A stretch of DNA of 64,000 bases from Nageia nagi (taxonomy: Eukaryota > Plantae > Pinophyta): NCBI GenBank assembly GCA_050084985.1, contig JBITNC010000001.1, forward strand, positions 193,254,001 through 193,318,000. The letters are read 5' to 3'. Positions within the stretch are counted from its first letter, which is position 1. Each line of letters starts with the position of its first letter. Position numbers and translations under genes: made by a program. The notes below the pieces were generated by a model. The model was not told where the DNA came from and ran no database searches. It saw only the letters and a list, made by a program, of their open reading frames with translations. Positions 55,501 through 64,000 of the stretch are shown here, piece by piece.

Positions 55501-57267
55501 CAAGTATTGAATGTTGATACCCATACCTTTAACCTTGGATCTGGTTATCATATATTTTAGACTTTAATTTCCTTTCTAATTGAGTTGTCAATAAAACCTA
55601 ATAGGATTTTATATTAATGTGTAAGGACTTTCAAACTTTCTAAGAGAGGTTTTAAATGGTCCCATAGAATGTGCCAGAAATAACGTTGTTGATCAGACGT
55701 AGGAAATAATTTGTGCCCTTGATCAATAGTTGTATGATCAGAATAGTATTGAGGTCAACCTTTGGAGAAATGCGGCTTTTTATTTATTTATTTTGCTTTA
55801 ACTTTTAAGAATAAAGATAGAAGGGTCTAGAGAAATGGAAATGAAATTTGAGAAAGAAAATGTAGATAGAATATGGATGTAGAGAGAACAAAAACTAAGT
55901 TTTTGGTCCGGGCAATTTACTCTTTGGCAAATTCCATTGCTATCAGAACTTCGAAAACAGCCATAGATAGAGCTTAACTTAATAAAATCAAAATGATAAT
56001 TCTCTACCTAACAGACACAAACTTTGATAATGCTTATTCACTACCAATGGGCAGGGTAAATATTATGTACAACCTGCACCTGATTAATGAATACTATGGG
56101 AAATAATCTCCACAGAATCTGAATAAATGAACTGGTAAGGAACACAATTTTAGAGAAGGCCAAACAACTATGAATTATCTTATGAGAATACAATTTTCTG
56201 CTCTCAAAGGACAGCTTTGTAAGAATTTTTTGATCCCATTGTAGTGTGCAAAGGCCTTATTCAATTGAAATGTGTTTTCTAACGATATACATGAAAAATG
56301 CTAAAAATAAAAGCACAAGTAATCCGGCTAATGCAGAATGCATAGCAAGATGATATTTTCAACACAACCTGATTACTCAGCATCAAACATTAGAGCATAC
56401 TGCATGGTTAATTGAATTTGGGGTCTCTTTGATATGTCTTCTGTGACTTATATTTTCCAGGAGTTGTGATATATCATTATATCCTGAAGATTTGGTTCTG
56501 GTCAAGAAGAATGCCTTCTGAAGAATTTGGAACTTTTGTTCGCCAATTCATACTGGGGTTTTATTAAATCTTTGGGATCACTTAACTTTTATTTCAACAT
56601 TTTCTTTTAGTAAATAACCAGAATTCAAGAAGGGTAAGCAATTTTGGAAACTTTGCTAATATCATTAATAAAAAAGTTTCGGCTTATGCACTAAAAAGAT
56701 GTCTTCAACTTTGAAGTGTACCAAAACATTCAGAACTTGAGAAGTGTTGAAACTTTTGAAAACTTTGCTGACATCATCCATGAAAAAATTCCAGCTATGC
56801 TCAAGGAGAAGTCTTTAATAACAAAACTTCGAACTTTTTGAAAGATTATTGCTTAATTTTATTCTCAATATATTTATATAGATAGACAGATAAGTATATA
56901 TTTGTTGAATGCACAATACAATCACACTTTTGTACTGATATTGGTGATTATTGAGCATGTTAATGTCATTTGACCTGTATTTGACAAGATTAATGACGTG
57001 TACAAATATATGTCAATCACTAGGAAATGTAAAACCATTTAAGTGCGGATTATAGTTTTTGACTTAGACAGCAAAATCTGCCTTAATTGTTTAAAAATTT
57101 AAGCCTTAAATATTGGAAACCCTGATGCTAATGTCAGAAGTGTAATGAGAAAGGCATTATCACCAACAGGGTTCTTTGTGCTGACACTTTGCCCAACAAA
57201 GTGGTCAAACTTCAGAATTCGTTGTGGACTTCTTCCAAGCATTTATTGCTGTTAGGATTGTATATTG

Positions 57268-57727
57268 CCAATTAAAGTAAGCTATGAGATATTCAATGCT
57301 TCTGCAAATAATTTTGACATGAAAAGTTGGACATTTAATGTACGTGAAGGCAAGTACAAGCACTTTTCCTAGTACCTTACAACAATGTGACAAGGGACAC
57401 TATTCCTGACACATTAAAAGATAAAAGGAAGGTGCCACAGTGAAAAGAACTGTCAATACAACTTAGAGAAAATGGTCAAAAGAGAATAAGGCTCTTTTGA
57501 CCAATTAAAGTAAGCTATGAGATATCAATGCTTCTGCAAATAATTTTGACATGAAAAGTTGGACATTTAATGTACGTGAAGGCAAGTACAAACACTTTTC
57601 CTAGTACCTTACAACAATGTGACAAGGGACACTATTCCTGACACATTAAAAGACAAAAGGAAGGTGCCACACTGAAAAGAACTGTCAATACAACTTAGAG
57701 AAAATGGTCAAAAGAGAATAAGGCTCT
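57268..57727. repeat. Near-identical tandem duplication (228 + 227 bp) with a 5-bp junction insert
   Basis: 57268-57495 versus 57501-57727, about four differences; spacer tttga. Confidence 0.95.
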
Positions 57728-58223
57728 AGTCCTTGTCTGATTTAGTAGCAAAAGAATGATCAGTTTGCCTTTCAATCACAATAAAAGGGCCCATATGCAG
57801 TAGAGATTTATCTATGGGGTTACAGTGTTATAATGTCTGGTTATTTCAGCATCCACTACTAGCCTCATTTGGATGCGAGGAACTCTCAAGTTTTAAAAAG
57901 GATCATCTACTGTATAGTAATAGCGTGTGTGTGTATATATATATAGTGGCCATAGAGATTTTGTTTCTCTTTTTTCCTTCTTTGATGAAATGCTTACTGT
58001 TGCCATTATTGACCTACTAATTCATTTCTTCTGCAGAACTGGCCAGCTTCTGTTGTCTTCATGTTTTCATTGTTCTCTTTTTATCTCTACTGCTTTAGAT
58101 GCTCATAGCATATGCCTTCTGTCTGACTTCTTTCTGCTTAATATTTCTGAAATATGCCTAGTGATACATGCACTTGCATGATATCATACTTGTTAATTGT
58201 GAAAATGTTGTTCAAGAATTTCT

Positions 58224-58468
58224 AAAGCAAATATATGCATTATTGTTAAATTCTTTGCCAAAACATATTGTTTGTGTATCTCCTCCTTGAATTTTGGTAG
58301 CTCCTCAAATTTGCATATTGCAATTGGCTAGTTAGATTTTCTGAGTTCAATTTTTAATTTGTAAATAGTTGGTAAAGTTTTTTATAGCTTCCTGAGCTAG
58401 AGGTTTTAGCACAGGAGTGGCGGGCAAAGCAGTATCAAAAAATAAAGGAATTACACGGGAGGAAAGCA
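58224..58468 (+). repeat. Diverged tandem duplicate of the intron 1 3' end, acceptor and first ~18 codons of PAC exon 2
   Basis: agcacag|GAGTGGCGGGCAAAGCAG... at 58415 reads EWRAKQYQKIKELHGRKA and parallels 58624 (EWQEKQRKKTMELHRMRKA). Units are bounded by aaagca at 58224, 58463 and 58675. Confidence 0.9.
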
Positions 58469-58623
58469 AATATATGCATTACTGTTAATTTCTGCCAAAA
58501 TATATTGCTTGTCTCATGTCCTTGTTAGGCTTTAATATTGCAATTAGCATTATATTTCCCAATTTCTATTCAGTTTATAAAAAGTTGGTAAAGTTTCCTG
58601 ATATTTTTGAGAGGTCAGCACAG

Positions 58624-58818
58624 GAGTGGCAGGAAAAGCAGCGCAAAAAAACAATGGAATTACATAGGATGAGAAAAGCAGAAGAAGATGAGGAAAAGGG
58701 AAAAGTGGAAGAGCTTCGAGAAATTGCTTCTCGTTTTAAAGGCTACCCAGAAAAAGAAGTCAGTAATGCCAGACAGCTGGTTTCAAGATTCATAAAAGCC
58801 GGAGAAGATGTGGAAGAG
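58624..58818 (+). CDS. PAC: PALE CRESS homologue, exon 2 (65 codons); gene continues beyond the window
   Basis: cag|GAG acceptor at 58621-23 and GAG|gtatgc donor at 58819. Encodes EWQEKQRKKTMELHRMRKAEEDEEKGKVEELREIASRFKGYPEKEVSNARQLVSRFIKAGEDVEE, collinear with PAC (EWQARQREKTKELRRMQREEEEEEERKIEEYREIGTRLKEFPEQDLRKARKLVSSFIRAAEEVEE, from memory). No exon 3 (RIEEAAEKGEL...) seen before 64000. Confidence 0.92.
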
Positions 58819-60322
58819 GTATGCTGTTCTTCCACAACTGTATTCATATTTATTCATCAGATAACAAGTTAAAGCAGCTCTAGTGAACAGTATTGTCTAC
58901 ACTCTACAGTGTATGTACTCTGAGTCAACTTAAATTCTTTGCGTTTTAATTATCCCTGTTGTTCCCATTTTGTTAGCACACAATACTAGCTGTTTTTTTG
59001 TGCTCTGAATTATTTATAGTACATATGCTCTGAATCAACAACTATTCTTTGGACTTTTGCCACCTCTGTTGTGCCAATTTTCTCAGCACATCATACTAAC
59101 AGTTGTTTGCAAATTGGTAATCTCTATGGTCCAGCTGCTCACATGTTACTTTTCATAATCGGCGTGTTCATTTTAAATACTTCAAATTTTAATACAGATT
59201 CAAAGTGGATTACTTCTATCTTGACTATGAGGTATCCTTTTCCCTTTTTAGGATCTGCTTTGAAGCTAATTTTTTCTGTAACTTGTATTCTGTTATCCTT
59301 GTACAATTATGTTTCCCTGCGGAAGGCATTGAATAAAGTTGATTTGCCACTGTATGTAATGTACCCTTCTAGGGCTTATGCTGAACATGCACAATTACTC
59401 AACACAATTCCACATTCATTCACAACTTAGGACACACTTATAAATGCTCAACAATCATCCAAATTTGCTCTCAAGATTGAATTATAATAACTGTAACCAG
59501 ATCTCATATATAGCAGCGATGAAGCTCATACAACATGTGAAATCAACCAAACTAGGGCACAATTACAGATCTGTAACATAACAGTAATATGTCACCAAAA
59601 TACTCCAATCCGCATACATTCCCATGCACAACGAATGATAATAGTACAACAGTAATAGAAGAGCATTCATTCACATTCGAAGAGCAATATAAGAGCCAAA
59701 TATCATGAATAGTAACCAAGAATAAGTATAAGGCTGTAACATGCCTGTAACAAGTTCTAGGGCATAGTCCAAGACCCCAAAATGCTCAACAAGGTCTTCT
59801 CAAGGCTGGCATAAGACTCAAGATGGCTCCCAAGGTTGGTGCAAGTCTCAAGATGGCTCCAAAGGTCTAGCACTAGGGCTAGAAGGTCCTTTAAATCTGG
59901 TGCAAGCTCTCTAAGTGAATGTAATTGCAAATATGCCACTTCTAGGGTAGGGAGCAGCTCTAATCCTTAGAAGGAAGAGAGGGGAGCAGCCCCAAATCCA
60001 AGATGATTTGAAATCAAATGTCAAATTATGATGTCTGCTTGTGATCTCATGTCTTGCCTTTATAAATATCCAAACATACAAATATCCCTCTTTAAGCCAG
60101 CCGACTAGGGAGGAGGATATAAACATTATTAAGTGGCCCATATACCCCCACGTTGGGTGTAGAGGCCCAAAAATACATAAAATGGCCCTATTATTTGATT
60201 ATCTCATCATCTCTTATGGAACACTCCCAAAGGGAGTAGAAATATAATCAAATACATAAAATAAATAACTAAGACTCCTACGCAAATGATCAAGGTGAAT
60301 AAAACAATATTGCGGACATTAT

Positions 60323-62823
60323 TATAATGCCCCCATTTTTATGGTGTTTTCCCCATTTCACCATTTATCCCCATTTCACCACTAATAAATGGAACATTAG
60401 ATTAGGAGTACTTTTGCTTATTTTAGGTGTTATTTGGCCAATTAATTGTAAATTCCATTTGGAGAGTAGTTTAGTAGTCCAATTATGGAATGTTGGGCCC
60501 TTAGTTAACATATTATGTATAGTTGAGTTCTGTGACATCCCCTTTGATTATTGTACTTAAATCTTGAATCCAACAGATTCCCTCTTTTGTACATATTTAA
60601 TTATTAATCATGTTTATTAGTTAGAACTTGGGATAGAAGACTTAATGGGTCGTTGGACCCCACTGTGAGCCCCAAGTGGGACGTCTCCCTTCCAAGTGTA
60701 ATTTAGTGTGTTTTAATGTACTTGGAGATCTTGAAACATGATTGTGGGAATCCCAAGGTCTATTTGGCACTTAGAGCATGGATGAGGACTTAATGGTCCC
60801 AACGTTGAGATTGGGAGCACTTGTACACATGCGCCAGCCTTGGGGAGCCTTCTAGACCCCCATGTTGGCCCATGACACCCATGTTGCCCCCTTAGATGCC
60901 CACGCATGCCTCCTTGACCCATGCATGCATTCTTAGACCTACATGGAGCATGAGGGAGGCCCAGATACCCATGTTGGGCCTGGAATGACTCCTAGGTGCC
61001 ATCGTTGGGGTTTGAGGGGATTGGGTGTGACCTTGAGGTGAGATCCAGATCCAAGAAAGCTATATTAGCCCTTGGAGACTTATTGTTGGATATATAGAAT
61101 TATCATTATTACTCATACTGTCTTGTGGACAAAAGACTTGGTGTAGCGTTAAGCAACATCCCTAGGTGCAGCATCTAGGAGGGTTGATAGGCTGAGGGAT
61201 CCTGTTAATCTATGGCTTTGGTGTAGCACCCTAGCCCATCTAGTGGTATTCCAAGTTTACACTTCTACCATTCAGTTGGTCGCTAGGTTTGAGGAGGGCT
61301 CCTTCAGTGGAGAGGATTCAGATTCTGAGGGAGTGAGGTTGTCCCATTCAGTGTTTCGTCTGTCTAGTAGTAAAGACATTCATTGTGCCTTAGTTGGCTC
61401 CTTGGAGGCCAACGTTGAGCCCTTAGGGCCTGGTATTGTATCTGTATTCATTCTATATCTTCAATACAAGCCATGGGCTATTGGATCTCATATTGTGTTG
61501 TGCACTTGTCTATATTTGCTGCACTTGTCTATATTTGCAACGTTGTGGTGTATTTACTCCTTCATGCATATTGTAGCCAGACGTTGGCATTATTGTGTTG
61601 TATAGACTTGTATTGGATGCCCTTACCCTAACGTTAGTATATTGAGGTGTTGAATGCTTGTTGATGCCCTTCTAGGTTAGATGTGGGTGCTTGTTCAGTT
61701 GAATTTGCTTAATTGTATGTGAAATTGCATTTAGGCTTTTACAAGTTCCTATATGCCAATAATGATGTATTTATGATACCAAGGCTATTATAATTGTAAA
61801 TGCAATATTAGTCTCCAATAATGAGGCGTTGCTTATTCCTAACCTTGATGATTGTAATATTGGCATTAGATGGTCCTCTTGTCATTAATGCTCCCCTCTT
61901 CAAGGTAGAGCATCCATCTAGGTGATTACACCAACTTCGAGGTACTATGAAGACTCCTATGCTTGGATGTGGCACACTTGGAGAGATATTTGGCATCCCA
62001 GGGCATCGAAAGGCTCCCCACACTTGGACATTGGGCTAAGGAGGGCATCTAGACCCCTATGTTGAACATTTGGCATCACTAGGACCCCACGTCACAATCT
62101 TGAAGGCTTGCTAGCTAATGACATTGATACCGAGGCACCTTGGAGTCTCCCCTTGTCCAACGTTGGATCAACTCAACTCAAGATAATAAGATCAACCACT
62201 TCCTCTATAAAAGGAGGACACCTAGCACATATGTGATATGTTGAATATATGATTAAACCCTCCCTTTTTCAGATTAAGTGTGAGAACTCTATCTTTGCCA
62301 CTTGTAGGCACAAGTCTGTATTTGAGGTCTGGAGGTGATTGAAGGCTAACCTCTTGCTTGCTCCAGCCATTTGGGAGAGGAACTTTGGTTGTTCCATCGA
62401 AGAGATGTAGGGAATCCTTGGGCTTGGCCTTGCCGCTATTGTGACTGGTGAGGCCGTGGAGCCATCCACAATAACCCTAATGGAGGCAATCCTGGTGTAA
62501 GCTCCTTAGGTCCAAAAACATCTGCAATTGAGCTCTTCATTGCTATATCAATACAATTCCATTATTTTGCTATTACTCATAATTGCTTGGATGTGGGATC
62601 TGAAAGTGTGTTTGGCATTGTTTACTCTTGTTTGGCTTCCTAATCACCTACGTTGTGTAATTGAGCATAATTGTGGATTGTTTACTTCATTCTTGCCCTT
62701 CATAGGTAGACATTGAATGTTTTGCATTATTTTGTGCTTGATTGGTGAGATCTGGAGGACAAAGGCAAATGTCCCTCTCCTAGGGCATGTTTGAGCATGA
62801 GCCAATGGGTTGGCCTCATGACA
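60323..62823 (+). mobile_element. Solo LTR B, same family as the LTR at 130-1490, inserted into the terminus of LTR A
   Basis: tataatgcccc...catgaca; TSD attat/attac; collinear with 130-1490. Confidence 0.88.
60531..61743. mobile_element. Solo LTR C (1213 bp) inserted in LTR B
   Basis: TGTGAC...TTTACA with perfect TSD AGTTC at 60526-30 and 61744-48. The site is empty in the paralogous LTR at ~295. Confidence 0.92.
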
Positions 62824-64000
62824 ATTACATTGTATTATCTCAACAAGCAAGACAAAGTATGTTTTGGATATAAGCAATTATTAAAAAAATCAGTTCAATG
62901 AATAAAGGTAAGCATAATAAAAGATCTTAAATGACAAGTTTATGACTCAGCAATCAAACAAATCACAAGAAATATCATCCAAATCTAATTCCTCAATTTT
63001 TGCTATTTGCCAATGAGGTTACCTCACAATACTGTGTACATTGTTTTAGAATAATTTTTTTGTATTGAATATAATCGTTGAGTTCTACGAAATGTTGGAT
63101 TGATGGACTCTTGGACAATGTTATCAGAATATATGGACAGGACAGACTGAGAGTGACGATAATGGACTGACCCTTAACTAGTCTTCATTAACATCTTCAT
63201 TCAACAACTTTTAACATTAAATAATTACACACAAAAAAACATGATTTGACACTTTGTGTACCTATTGTTGATGTGCCTGGTTCTTGAATGAAATAATGGG
63301 TTCTTGGCAATCTTCATACCATCGTGATTGTTGATCGAGAAAAGTTTTGGTCATGTCTGTTCATTTCCATGTTCTCTCAATAGTCTTTGCAACTGAATGA
63401 TCCATATGCTTGATTACATGCTCTATATACTTAAGTGGAAAAAATGGCTACAAGCTCCTGTGTTTTACTACTCAATGAACAACAAGGGACTCCAAGTGCA
63501 CAACATATTCCGAAGAAGATTGCTTGCCAAAATGTTGTGTACATAATTCTCATCTTTGTAAAATGAAATTGATATGTCCTTCCATACTTGAGTCCATAAC
63601 CTGTGGTTTCCCTTGTATAACTAAATTCCTTTTTTTGCTTCATTGCAATGACTTGTTTGTGGTTTGTTCATTTACTGATAGAATGTTAACAGTAAAATTG
63701 ATATCAGGCTTATTGGTTGTCAAAGACATCGCAATTGTCTAAATACAGTACCATCAACAAATAGTACCACATCCACAGTGTGGGAGTTTAAGGTTTTCTG
63801 CCCTTGGTTTTATTGTAACATTTGTTTCTCGTATCTTGAATTTATTTAGCAATTCTACTTCATACTTAGTCTGTGAGATGAGATGTTGTTATCTGGTTGC
63901 AAATTAAAACCCCAAGATAGTAACGTGAAAAACCCAACTTTGTAATTTTGAATCCATGCATTAGTTTTCTTGTTCTTTTCATCAACCAATCTAAAAAATG

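Larger units (their letters stand above)
50037..58623 (+). other. PAC intron 1 (8587 bp, GT-AG, phase 0), expanded by TE insertions
   Basis: GT at 50037, AG at 58622-23, and an in-frame join of the two exons. A small intervening exon is not formally excluded, but the protein alignment needs none. Confidence 0.8.
59355..62829. mobile_element. Solo LTR A (outermost) in PAC intron 2
   Basis: Starts TGTAATGTAC. The end GGACATTACA is reconstructed across the LTR B insertion (60314-22 plus 62824-29). TSD ctgta/ttgta. Confidence 0.8.

Noticed and set aside
58516-58872. 118-aa ORF as an independent gene
   Set aside because: It is exon 2 plus flanking intron sequence in the same frame.
62830-64000. 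Possible PAC exon 3
   Set aside because: No frame resembling RIEEAAEKGEL..LVL..IWNRLDLARRD was found; treated as intron.

Overview
Eukaryotic nuclear DNA from a large plant genome; repeat content, intron size and element types suggest a gymnosperm (inference). About 1-49.7 kb is old, CG/CHG-depleted nested transposon sequence. It holds three Ty3/Gypsy-derived elements with minus-strand gag and an antisense plant mobile domain (PMD) gene, none with recognisable RT/RNaseH/integrase. It also holds a CACTA element carrying a PLS-type PPR gene fragment, a CACTA transposase relic, Copia relics and LTRs. From 49,797 there is one host gene, a PALE CRESS (PAC) homologue: exon 1 at 49797-50036 and exon 2 at 58624-58818, continuing beyond the window. 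Its introns contain a solo LTR, a chromodomain-integrase relic, three nested solo LTRs, a partial duplicate of exon 2 with its acceptor, and a tandem duplication with a fold-back junction. Best candidate for an under-described system: pol-less LTR-gag-antisense-PMD-LTR elements. No rRNA, tRNA or CRISPR features were found. All calls are by eye; no searches were run and relic boundaries are approximate.
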